Source: Candidatus Poribacteria bacterium
GTDB lineage: Bacteria > Poribacteria > WGA-4E > WGA-3G
Direction: 5' to 3'
NCBI GenBank assembly: GCA_965197475.1
Contig: CBDANF010000003.1
Span: 2,432,001 to 2,496,000 of the forward strand
Length of the DNA stretch: 64,000 nucleotides
Made by a program: the position numbers and the translations under genes. The notes below the pieces were generated by a model that saw only the letters and a list, made by a program, of their open reading frames with translations, ran no database searches and was not told the origin of the DNA. Positions 40,852-50,358 of the stretch are shown piece by piece (within the stretch, counting starts at the first letter, position 1; each line of letters opens with the position of its first letter).

Positions 40852-40930
40852 TAACGTTGTTGGTAGGGAATCTCATCTGTCTCGCTTGAGGCAGTCCCTA
40901 CCAAACCGAATGAGATCGGGAACAACGTTA
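40852..40930 (+). ncRNA. Candidate structured RNA with bulge-loop kissing interaction
   Basis: Four predicted stems plus complementarity between AUCUCAU and AUGAGAU; begins at the predicted TSS. Confidence 0.5.
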
Positions 40931-40990
40931 AGGTTAAACAACGTGATCCTATAAACAAAACACGTACAACCCTTACCATAAGGGAATATC

Positions 40991-41227
40991 ATGGTACTTT
41001 TAGTGTGGCCACTTCTTGTATTTGCTTACTATAAGCAAAAATACACGTTGAAAAACTGGCTTTTGTTTTTCGCTATCATTGGATCTATAGTCACTGTTCT
41101 CGGTGCTCGAGAATACGCATTAGTAGCATTGGTAGCCCAAATTGTCGGCATACCTATTATTTTTCTGTCGGCAAGATTCACCGCTTGGTGTATCAAACGG
41201 TATGTAAACCGAAAGAAAACAGACTAA
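40991..41227 (+). CDS. Small multi-pass membrane protein (IS cargo)
   Basis: 78 aa, 2-3 hydrophobic segments, basic C-terminus; SD lies in the CCCTTA/TAAGGG hairpin. Confidence 0.7.
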   Translation: MVLLVWPLLVFAYYKQKYTLKNWLLFFAIIGSIVTVLGAREYALVALVAQIVGIPIIFLSARFTAWCIKRYVNRKKTD

Positions 41228-41275
41228 CCCAACAACGAGGTGCCCCTGTCCCCTCTAACTCACAAAGGAACTATC

Positions 41276-41611
41276 ATGTTAATCATATTTCCAAAACCTG
41301 AACAAATCACTGGATTTTGTCCATTAGCCGTAAATCTTAATATTTATGATGAAATTGTGATCATCAAGAACAACGAATCAAACTTGTTCAATCTGACTCT
41401 GTTGAAACATGTAGACGCTCATGGATCGAACCAATCAACTTTTCTCTACAATTTGGGCATCTTCCAATCCGAGTCAGATTGCTATACATTGTTCCAAAAT
41501 ATTCTCGAAGCTTTGAATTCGGATCAAAAGACATTCGAGCTTCCGCCATCTGTGCTGCAAGCACCGCCTGAACCCGCGGATCATGCAAAGAAACGCCCTG
41601 GGTACCTTTAG
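41276..41611 (+). CDS. Hypothetical protein (IS cargo)
   Basis: AAGGA SD before ATG 41276; homologous fragment at 42744-42974. Confidence 0.7.
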   Translation: MLIIFPKPEQITGFCPLAVNLNIYDEIVIIKNNESNLFNLTLLKHVDAHGSNQSTFLYNLGIFQSESDCYTLFQNILEALNSDQKTFELPPSVLQAPPEPADHAKKRPGYL

Positions 41612-41617
41612 TTTCAC

Positions 41618-42502
41618 TCATCTCATACTCTCATTAACAAACTTATCAAAGATGCTGTCAATGCTCCTATAGTTATACTTGTAGCACGCCTCTGCGACAT
41701 ACAGGGGCGTATATTCAGTCCAATAGTGGTGATGTGAACCATACCAAGCGCGTTTGAGAAGCGACCAAAACCCCTCAATCGTGTTTGTGTGGACATCACC
41801 GTCAACAAATTGCTCTTGATGATTGATGATATGATGCTTCATATCTCTACCGAGTGCGAGATAAGCATTATATTCATCGGTCATCAACTCCGAATCCTGA
41901 ACTTTCACGGCTCTTCGGATAAAGTCTAAAATAGTCCGTCCTGTCAAATCCCTTGCAAGTTGTGCTACAACTTTCCCACCGCGTTGGACAGCCCCGATGA
42001 TTGCGTCTTTATCAGTGCCACGACCACGCTTGGCAGGCTCCGCATCTGCTTTCTTGTTCGGCTTGCGAGGTTTACCCCCGATGTAAGTTTCATCAGCCTC
42101 TATGATGCCTTGTAATAGCACGTTGCTACCTTTCTTTGCCATTTCAGCACGGATACGAGTCATTATAAACCATGCAGTTTTCTGATTCAAGTCTAAATCA
42201 CGACTCAACTGGTAACTGGATAACGACTTCTTCGCATTCACAATCAACGAGATCGCCAAAAACCACTTCTGAAGTGCTATCTTTGTCCCGTGAAACACCG
42301 TGCCACACGTCACCTTGAAAGTAGCAGTGCAATCATGGCATTGCCAGCGTCCGATGCGTCCCAATTCCGTCTCTGTCCGTTCCGCAACGTTTAGACTATC
42401 ACAATGCGGACATCTTGGTTCACCACGCCACCGAATATATTCCAAATGCTCAATACATGCTTCTTGGTCAGGAAAACGCTCCATTACCTTCAATAAATCC
42501 AT
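41618..42502 (-). CDS. IS1595-family transposase
   Basis: CPHC/CHDC zinc ribbon, EADETYIGG, TDEY and HTNTIEGFWS motifs. Confidence 0.95.
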   Translation of the reverse strand: MDLLKVMERFPDQEACIEHLEYIRWRGEPRCPHCDSLNVAERTETELGRIGRWQCHDCTATFKVTCGTVFHGTKIALQKWFLAISLIVNAKKSLSSYQLSRDLDLNQKTAWFIMTRIRAEMAKKGSNVLLQGIIEADETYIGGKPRKPNKKADAEPAKRGRGTDKDAIIGAVQRGGKVVAQLARDLTGRTILDFIRRAVKVQDSELMTDEYNAYLALGRDMKHHIINHQEQFVDGDVHTNTIEGFWSLLKRAWYGSHHHYWTEYTPLYVAEACYKYNYRSIDSIFDKFVNESMR

Positions 42503-42743
42503 CAGATACTCCTTGAAATAGGAGTTGCTTTTTCTGACGGATTTCTGATATAATACCAGATAAGATTAGAACCGTCAAAAAGCAACTCGCTTTTTGTGTT
42601 CATTTAGGGGGCTACCAACCCCCTACTTTCTTATCTATATTGTATCATAGTTGCACAATTAAAACAAGTGGAAATGTAGTCTACATCTGTGTTTGTAGCG
42701 ATTTTTACATGTTTGTTGCAAGTCCAAAACTACTTATTGCGTT

Positions 42744-42974
42744 TCACTTTTAGCCTTACATACAGAGAGTTTTGTAGAACTCGCCCTTGTAAAACTTGAT
42801 ACAAATTTTCGCGTAGTGATTCAGAAACCTTTTGACACGGACAATGAGAGGTTGGAATTTGCTCTTGACATGATCGATGCTCTGAAAGATGGAAAGCCAA
42901 CTTTTGAACTTCCACAGCATTTTCCCTCAAATCCTGATGACAAAAAGAACAAGATTGATAAGGCATACCTTTAG
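42744..42974 (+). pseudogene. 5'-truncated homolog of the 41276..41611 cargo gene
   Basis: Open frame ...IDALKDGKPTFELP...KAYL* compared with ...ILEALNSDQKTFELP...PGYL*. Confidence 0.7.
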
Positions 42975-42983
42975 TTGTGTCCA

Positions 42984-43865
42984 TCACCGCATACTTTCAT
43001 TAACAAACTTATCAAAGATACTGTCAATGCTCCTATAGTTGTACTTATAGCACGCCTCTGCTACATACAGGGGCGTATATTCAGTCCAGTAGTGGTGATG
43101 ACTTCCATACCAAGCTCGTTTGAGTAGACTCCAAAACCCCTCAATTGTGTTTGTGTGGACATCACCCTCAACAAATTGCGTTTGATGATCTATGATATGG
43201 TGTTTCATCTCCTTGCCGATAGCGAGATACGCCTTATACTCATCGGTCATCAACTCCGAATCCTCAACTTTGACGACTCTTCGGATAAAGTCTAAAATAG
43301 TCCGTCCTGTCAAATCTTTAGCGAGTTGTGCTACAACTTTCCCGCCCCGCTGTACTGCCCCGATAATAGCGTCTTTCTCTGTTCCACGTCCACGCTTGGC
43401 AGGCACGTGGTCTTCCTTCTTATTAGGCTTACGAGGTTTACCCCCGATGTAAGTTTCATCTGCCTCTATGATGCCTTGTAGTAGCACGTTACCTTTCTTT
43501 GCCATTTCAGCACGGATACGAGTCATGATATACCATGCTGTCTTTTGATTCAAGTCTAAATCGCGCGCAAGTTGATGACTTGACAAACTTTTCTTCGCAT
43601 TCGTTATCAACGAAATAGCCAAAAACCACTTCTGTAACGCTATCTTTGTCCCGTGAAACACCGACCTGCACGTCACCTTGAAACTCACTTGGCACTCGTG
43701 GCAGTTCCAACGACCGATACGACCGATTTCTGTTTCTGTCCGTTCTCCTATATGATCGCTTTCACAATGCGGACACACAGGTTTACCTCGCCACCGAATC
43801 TTCTCTAAATGCGAAATACAACTCTCTTGATCGGGAAAACGCTCCATCACCTTCAACAAATCCAT
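42984..43865 (-). CDS. IS1595-family transposase
   Basis: Same motifs as the first copy; start MDLLKVM chosen by comparison with it. Confidence 0.95.
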   Translation of the reverse strand: MDLLKVMERFPDQESCISHLEKIRWRGKPVCPHCESDHIGERTETEIGRIGRWNCHECQVSFKVTCRSVFHGTKIALQKWFLAISLITNAKKSLSSHQLARDLDLNQKTAWYIMTRIRAEMAKKGNVLLQGIIEADETYIGGKPRKPNKKEDHVPAKRGRGTEKDAIIGAVQRGGKVVAQLAKDLTGRTILDFIRRVVKVEDSELMTDEYKAYLAIGKEMKHHIIDHQTQFVEGDVHTNTIEGFWSLLKRAWYGSHHHYWTEYTPLYVAEACYKYNYRSIDSIFDKFVNESMR

Positions 43866-44084
43866 CAGATAACTCCTTGAAATAGGAGTTGCTTTTTCTG
43901 ACGGATTTCTGATATAATACCAGATAAGATTAGAACCGTCAAAAAGCAACTCGCTTTTTGTGTTCATTTAGGGGGCTACCAACCCCCTATTTTCTTATCT
44001 ATATTATACCATATAAACCCAGTGGACACAAGGCTTTATAGCGATTTTTTAAAATTTTTCTCAAGTTCAAAACTACTCATTGCG

Positions 44085-44680
44085 TTTCTTTTTACCACTA
44101 TAATAACCCTTTTGAGTTTGTGGGTCTTTGGGGCGTCGTATCGGGCGTTCGGTGCTATCATGAAAAAAATGTTCTCCTTCTTGATTTTGAGTTGATACTT
44201 TTGATGGAGCACATATAGGTGCGGGGTCTGTTTCCCGAGATGGCAACTCTCCAAGTTCTGCTAATGCTTTGTTCAATATCGATAAAAGCAAGTGAATCCA
44301 TCTATTAGCAAGAGGTTGAGACATGCCAAAGAGCGCACCGAATAGCACTTGTTTCGGTGCTTCACGAAGGTAAATCAGTATAAATAGCAACATATCTTCA
44401 GGTGTATCAAAACGACTATTTTTATACGGTTTATATCTCCGTTTTTTGCGCGGTTTTCCTGCAAGGGTATGTGTTTGAACATACTCTAAAAAACATTTAG
44501 TAAAATAAGGTGATAGTTCAGTCCAATCTTCTAAGGTATATCCGGTGAGGGACAGGAGCGTATCAGGTTTGTCCCTTAGTTCTTGAAAACTTATCATGAG
44601 TTAGCCTCCTATTGTCCGATTGTAATAAGTATAATAGAGACTAACCAAACGGACAACTAATTAGTTATAATGTCTATTAT
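44085..44680 (-). mobile_element. IS5-family (ISL2-like) transposase 5' fragment truncated by IS1595
   Basis: SLTG...LLFILIYLR....G.LFGMSQP.ANRWI, D.TERPIRRP.D..QK.YYSGKKK; the ORF ends within the IS1595 TIR. Confidence 0.8.
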
Positions 44681-44773
44681 ACACCTCACCTATAGGAGCG
44701 ATCTCCTGATCGCGACCAAACGCAGTAATAGTCGGGAACAGGAGTTCCCTCCTACCGTTCAATAATATTGAAT

Positions 44774-44932
44774 TATAGTAAAATCTGTAATTATCTGGAC
44801 ACTGCTGTAGCGTCCACTTTCAGTTTGCGCAAGGACGACACAAACTAAAAGTTTGTGCTACAAAATATGCGGTAGGAACTGTTTCCCAACTGGACCGATA
44901 ACAATGTCCAAGTAATTCTAAAATCTACTATA
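44774..44932. mobile_element. IS630-type MITE identical to 34067-34225
   Basis: Base-for-base identical on manual comparison. Confidence 0.85.
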
Positions 44933-45344
44933 ATATAAGATTTAATTGATACACATTTCGCCCCGCGGGCTAATAGGGGTTGTTCACCAGCGTTTCTATA
45001 AACATTTCGCCCCGTTGGGTCTGCCTTTGCTGCACCTATAATAGTTTTTCTGTGGGTTACAACTTTGCACAAAACTCGTAGAAAAATAGAAAGGACTTGA
45101 GAACACAACATGAAACAGACAGAAATTGTCCAAACTTTAGTAACTATAAGGGAATTGATCGATTTTCAATAGGTAGCAAATTGAGTTATAATTCTAAAGT
45201 GCTCTGCCTTGCTACAGTAGATTCGTCAATTCACGCTGAAATCTATCCTTACGGATATCCGTTCCCTCCTATTATCCTGTTGTTAACCTTCTGTATAGTT
45301 ATAGTATAATATTGAAAACTGCTAATTGTTCTGAGGTGGACACT

Positions 45345-46516
45345 ATGCAAAAATTATTTCTCAAAATTATTAAACCGCAGGCCTTTATTGGGTGCTTTAT
45401 ATTACTCATATTAACCGGTATTTCACTTGTTTCTGCTGACGAGGAACACGGTGAATCAACCCGCCCCGACAGCTACGGACCAATCGGTGTAATGGGGGAG
45501 CAGGTGAGTTGATGCTTTCATATTGTTTTATGGGTATGGGTATGAATGGACTCCGAGATGGGGCTGATCCTATTTCAACCGAAGAAGCCCTCAAAACTTA
45601 TGCTATGGTTCCGACCGTAATGCAGATGCAAATGCGCATGTTCGGTGCGATGTTTGCGCCTCACGATATTGTCACGTTCATGGCGATGACAAGTTATCGG
45701 AGTAATTTCATGGAAATGAAAGGCGCACATGCTCACGCTACTGGAGGACATGACCATGCTGTAGGAAATCACGAGATCGAGAGCGGCGGACTTGGCGACC
45801 TCAGGCTTTCTGCACTGATTCCTTTACTCAATAGATCAAATTTAGTCCTACTTCTTAAAGCGGGTGTCTCTATCCCGGTAGGTTCTATTCCTGTAGAAGG
45901 CACACACGGTGGAACGGAGGAGGTAGTTCTTCCGTATCCGATGCAATTGGGTTCCGGTTCTTTTGAACTGATGCCTGGTGCAACCGCTGCGACAACACAG
46001 GGCAATTGGTCGTTTGGTTTGCAGGCGAATGCTGCAATTCCTCTCAATGAAAACAATCGAGGTTATAAATTGGGAACTTCTATTGGCACTACGGTTTGGG
46101 GCACACGCAAGCTCAATGACTGGCTCAGTGTTTCTATCCGTGGATCGTTTAAAAATTGGGGCAATATTTCTGGTCAAGATGCGGCATTCGCCCCAAAAGA
46201 CGAGATGGAATCGACAGAAGATCATCATGATACTGAGGAGCATGGAACCCAGGATGCTCATCATGCAGCACCGATGGAGACAACCGATGTTTATTATATC
46301 GCGCCAACGATGGACCCAAATCTTCGCGGCGGCACGCGCGGCAGTTTGTCAGCAGGTGTGAACTTCATCGTTCCTGACAGAGTCGGTGGTGTTTTGGCGG
46401 GGCAGCGGCTTGCTGTTGAGTTACAGATGCCGGTCTATGAGAATCTTGACGGACCACAGATGGGATTGGATTGGACTATTGTTGCTGGTTGGCAATACGC
46501 TTTTGCGTTATGGTAG
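45345..46516 (+). pseudogene. His-rich outer-membrane transporter-like protein split by a frameshift near 45500
   Basis: Signal peptide and RPD..PIGVMGE, then AGELMLSY in another frame; GLGD, LPYPMQLGSG and terminal GWQYAF. Confidence 0.7.
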
Positions 46517-46772
46517 AGCGGTTGTTGACTTTCGGCAGCTGGCTATTGGCTGTTGGTTATAACGTGCTGCTTACCAATTTTTTGGATGATCGGACTACTG
46601 CTTGGGTCTTAGGTTATTTCCAAGAGGATGCCGCAGCGTTCGGTGCTTAAATCTGTGCAGGTTAGACCGGGCGGTGGTTCTCGAATCGGTTGCGGTGTGA
46701 TTGGATTGATAGAGTAAAAGTTAACTCTTTTATAGAAGTGAACTCCTTAGTGGCGATTTCTAACTGCAGCTA

Positions 46773-47270
46773 TTACTGTGCCTCGCCTGCCTCCCGTAAC
46801 ACAAAATCAATCAGCGAGTCGCTCATACGCATTCCGTTATTTCGCAATGCCATTAAAAGAGGCTTAATTGCATCAATCAAGCCTTCTTCCTTTGCCTCCA
46901 GCAAAATACCCGCCGTTCCCTTCACAATGAGTCCGACTCTTTTAGCCTCCTGCCGTGCCTTCTTCTCATCTATAATCACAAAAGAAGCCTTGTGCTCATT
47001 AGCAAGAGCCAAGACCTCGGCTTCACCGTCATCAAGCCCTTCATAAACCGCTGCGTTTTGCGGATCCGTTAAATCAACAGTTTTAATCCACGGAGCATCA
47101 TTGAGTGCTTGTTGACGAACTTCTTTTTTCGTTCGGAGAAATTCCCTTTCAACTTCTCGTGGTATCCATACTTCTGTATAGAGATCCCGAAACAGAGAAA
47201 GAAGGTTTAGTCCCCAGAGCGAAACGAGGGGACTATTATTACTGATGATTGGCTTTACGGGCATTCTCAA
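46773..47270 (-). CDS. DUF3368 PIN-like putative toxin
   Basis: ISN.SPL, IP.EV..E, LDDGEAE, IIDE and GT.GIL..AK motifs. Confidence 0.85.
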   Translation of the reverse strand: MRMPVKPIISNNSPLVSLWGLNLLSLFRDLYTEVWIPREVEREFLRTKKEVRQQALNDAPWIKTVDLTDPQNAAVYEGLDDGEAEVLALANEHKASFVIIDEKKARQEAKRVGLIVKGTAGILLEAKEEGLIDAIKPLLMALRNNGMRMSDSLIDFVLREAGEAQ

Positions 47271-47898
47271 GCTCCTCTTTCAGATCTTCAGCTGTACCAA
47301 AAAGAGAAAGCTCATAATCCCCCATCAGATACCAAAATTTTTCGCGCGACACACCGGCAAGTCGTGCAGCGAGTCCACTGCTCAGTTCTTCATTTTCATA
47401 ATATTTCATCGCCAACGCTATACGCGCATCTTTATCAATTTCAAAAGACTCTGGATTCGAAGCCAGCAGATGTAAGATGTCTTCCGGCAACTTAACCCCT
47501 ATTTCCTTCTCAAATGCGGCGATACTTCCGTGTGTGTTATGAAATGCATCGGCAATATCCACACCTTGGAGTATAGCAACAGTGAGGTCTCTTTTCGCTT
47601 CTTCCCACTGTTTTGCGCGCAAGTATGCCTCACCCCGTGTATAATAGGATTCGGCAAACTTTGGCTTCAGGACAAGCATTTGGGTGTAGTCTGCAATAGC
47701 CTTGTTCAACTCGCCTTTGTCACGATACACATTACCGCGATAGTGGTGTGCATCGGCATAATCGGGGTTGAGTTTTATGGCTTTGGTATAATCAGCGATA
47801 GCAAGTTCCAACTCACCTTTTTTGCTGTGAGTTAACCCGCGATTGAAATACGTCTTGGCGAGTTTTTGATTGTGTTCTCTTGTCATTTTCTTCTCCAC
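47239..47898 (-). CDS. TPR protein fused to UPF0175 antitoxin domain
   Basis: AIADYTKAIKLNPDYADA TPRs; C-terminal LA.KYY....LSSGLAARLAGVSR. Confidence 0.85.
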   Translation of the reverse strand: MEKKMTREHNQKLAKTYFNRGLTHSKKGELELAIADYTKAIKLNPDYADAHHYRGNVYRDKGELNKAIADYTQMLVLKPKFAESYYTRGEAYLRAKQWEEAKRDLTVAILQGVDIADAFHNTHGSIAAFEKEIGVKLPEDILHLLASNPESFEIDKDARIALAMKYYENEELSSGLAARLAGVSREKFWYLMGDYELSLFGTAEDLKEELENARKANHQ

Positions 47899-47920
47899 GA
47901 TGTGGATGACTTAAGGGTAA

Positions 47921-48142
47921 TCATAGCATGTCCGGTGAACAGATTTCAACCGATTTATTGGTATGAAGGGCGAGATACTCGCTTACTTCAAAATTCATTC
48001 GATCAATCTCAGCAAAAAAGCCGCCCGCGGATAACTCATAATTCTTAGGATTGGTTTCGACTTGCGTAAGTTTTTCGACTTGTTTTTCAAAGCGTTTAAT
48101 GCGATCCAGCGTTGCCTCAAACTCTTGATTGTTCCGAATCAT
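47921..48142 (-). CDS. Small helical hypothetical protein (MI.N.QE..TL.RI family)
   Basis: GAGGTG SD before ATG 48142; resembles small proteins recalled from toxin-antitoxin neighbourhoods. Confidence 0.6.
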   Translation of the reverse strand: MIRNNQEFEATLDRIKRFEKQVEKLTQVETNPKNYELSAGGFFAEIDRMNFEVSEYLALHTNKSVEICSPDML

Positions 48143-48198
48143 TGTGACCCACCTCAATTCTACCGTATTTGATGCTTGCATTGTGTATTGCTTGGAAT

Positions 48199-48464
48199 TT
48201 ATATAGTTTCCGGATCCTCTACTTGATCAAGTGTTTCAGAAAGTGGGCCAACACGCATTTTGAGTTTCTTCGCTAATCCTTTATCACCCCGGATTAAGTT
48301 AATAACTATGCTTTCATAATCTGTTTTGTTTTGACATTTGAGAGATTTAGCGATTGTTTCAAGAGCACAACTATCATCCACTGGATAACGAGCTACCAGC
48401 TTGTCAAGGTTCCCATCTTCAATAAGTTTATTGAAACGATTAAGTTCATCAGTGAAAGGTGAAT
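48199..48464 (-). pseudogene. C-terminal fragment of a gene truncated by IS630
   Basis: Frame is open up to the IS end (YNSPFTDELNRF...LVARYP...) with no start codon of its own. Confidence 0.55.
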
Positions 48465-49201
48465 TATAGTAAAACCTGTAATTACTTATACACTTTTATA
48501 ATATCATCAATAGAGGTCTCAGCGTTGTATTGACGTATTCGCTTGATGTTAGCGAAATCTTTCTCAATCGGATTCAACTCCGGTGAATACGGCGGTAAAA
48601 ACAACAAACTCGCACCGCATTCCCGGATCAATGCTTCTGTTTGTGAACCTTTGTGGAAAGAGGCATTATCCATAATCACAACGTGGCTGTCGTCAAGCAA
48701 AGGACATAACATCTCCGAAAGCCATGCGTTGAAGGCAACCGCATCGCAACTACCTTCGAAAAGCACAGGCACTGTGAAACATCCATCAAGACGTGCCGCA
48801 ATCAAGGTTGTGGTGGTATACCGATGACTTGGCACTTTATCTTCAACACGGACACCTTTCGGGCATAAGCATACCGACGGAAATCGGTTTCGGTGAAACC
48901 ACTTTCGTCAAGATAAACCGGTTTTTTGCCATGCTCGTGTGTCTCTTGTTGAAGTGCCGAGAGATACTCTTGGCGTTTTACCGGACACTGTTCTTTGTAG
49001 GTCGTGGTCTTTTTTTTCGCGTGATATTGAGTTTTGCCAAGGCATAAAAGATGCCGTTTGTTGAAACACCGAAGTGTTTGGCACGTTCGGCGAGTGTGCT
49101 ATCGGGAAAATCGGCAACATGTTGTTGAAGCGCATCATAATCAATGTGTCGGGGCCCTTTGGGACCCGGCTTCTCATAGGCAAAGGGGTCTTCTGCTTCT
49201 A
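48465..49201 (-). mobile_element. IS630-family remnant (5'-truncated, frameshifted)
   Basis: IMDNASFHK, LPPYSPELNPIE, an A-run slippery site and TIR TATAGTAAAACCTGTAATTAC. Confidence 0.85.
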
Positions 49202-49218
49202 ATACCATTTCTGAATAA

Positions 49219-49767
49219 TTATATTCCATTTGCGACTTTCGTGAAATATTTAAAATTTGTGATTTGAGCAATAGCTGCCTTCGTATACTTTCTCAAGATT
49301 TGTGTGATTTTGTCCTGCATTTCCTCTATTGACCCCAATGTGTGCTGAAACAATTTGGCTTTGATGTCTTGCCAGAGTCTTTCGATCGGGTTCAACTCTG
49401 GACTATAAGGGGGTAGAAAAATCAAGGCGATGTTGTCAGGAAGTTGTAGCGATTTCGCCTGATGAAAACGACCATTATCAAGCACAAGGACATTTAGCGT
49501 CTTTGGAAAAGTCTTTGCTAACTCATCAATGAATACTTGGAAACAGACACCATTGAGCCAGGGCATTTCAAGGAAGAAACTTTCTCCTGTTATCGGTTCC
49601 ACAGCTCCGTATAGATAAAGGCTCTGGTAAGTGTGATCAACATTGGCAATCGGTTTAACACCGCGTAAGGTGGGATGCCGAGACGACACAGGCAAAAGAC
49701 CACACCTTGACTCGTCTTGGCAAAAAAGTCGGACGCTTTGAAAAGAAGATGCCTTCTCCGAAATCAC
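49219..49767 (-). CDS. IS630 transposase orfB (DDE)
   Basis: QDESR, LDNG.FH and PPYSPELNPIERLW motifs. Confidence 0.9.
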   Translation of the reverse strand: MISEKASSFQSVRLFCQDESRCGLLPVSSRHPTLRGVKPIANVDHTYQSLYLYGAVEPITGESFFLEMPWLNGVCFQVFIDELAKTFPKTLNVLVLDNGRFHQAKSLQLPDNIALIFLPPYSPELNPIERLWQDIKAKLFQHTLGSIEEMQDKITQILRKYTKAAIAQITNFKYFTKVANGI

Positions 49768-49811
49768 CTCCTCAACTTTGGTAGCGAAGTTAGCAACGAA
49801 CGCATCACACG

Positions 49812-50276
49812 CTACATCGTTTTTTTATGACTTTTGCGAGGCACTTTGAGTTTCGCATTCCATTTATACCGAACTAACGCATGAACTGTTTTATAGTGCA
49901 TTTGGACACCGAAGGTTTCTTCAATATAATCTGTTATCTGTTGATAACTGGAAAAACCTTCTGGTTTTTGAAGTTCCGCTCGCAGCAGCTCTTGTTGTTC
50001 TTTGGATAACCGAGGGGGACGCCCCGGGGAATAATCACGATCCAAAAGCGCATCAAGTCCTTCAGTCTCATAAGTCGCTATCCAGTGTCCAATCGTTTTT
50101 CGGCTGACACCTAACCTCTCAGCGACTTGCTTGCGAGTTATTGCTTGACCACTACGAAATAGGTAAAGGGCTGTCAATCTTTGCTTTTGATAACCTACTG
50201 ATGTCTTTCTCAACAGCCTTTTCAACTCTGAAACACTTTCTGTAATCTCTGGAGGCTTTATGTGCATTGGTATCAA
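49812..50276 (-). CDS. IS630 transposase orfA (HTH)
   Basis: HTH VAERLGVSRKTI..W, GRPP and K.KVPRKSH motifs. Confidence 0.9.
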   Translation of the reverse strand: MIPMHIKPPEITESVSELKRLLRKTSVGYQKQRLTALYLFRSGQAITRKQVAERLGVSRKTIGHWIATYETEGLDALLDRDYSPGRPPRLSKEQQELLRAELQKPEGFSSYQQITDYIEETFGVQMHYKTVHALVRYKWNAKLKVPRKSHKKTM

Positions 50277-50358
50277 TCCTATGATTTGTATAATTGGAAA
50301 AAGTATAGCAGAAATTGAAAACTTTTAAAAGGATAAATATATACAAGAAATGGTATTA

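Larger units (their letters stand above)
40772..42741 (-). mobile_element. IS1595-family element with passenger genes (1970 bp)
   Basis: Perfect 29-bp TIR CGCAATAAGTAGTTTTGGACTTGCAACAA (40772-40800 / 42713-42741). Confidence 0.85.
42742..44084 (-). mobile_element. Second IS1595 element, left part missing
   Basis: TIR variant CGCAATGAGTAGTTTTGAACTTG ends at 44084; transposase closely related to 41618..42502. Confidence 0.8.
49200..50358 (-). mobile_element. Apparently intact IS630-family element
   Basis: TA+ATACCATTTCT TIRs at both ends; two ORFs joined by a -1 slippery site AAAAAAAC near 49820. Confidence 0.85.

Noticed and set aside
43866-43967. 34-aa N-terminal extension of the second IS1595 transposase
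   Set aside because: The first copy differs by a 1-bp indel here and has its SD just before MDLLK, so the region is regulatory.
46520-46770. GC-rich intergenic stretch between convergent genes
   Set aside because: No convincing stems, terminal repeats or coding motif were found.
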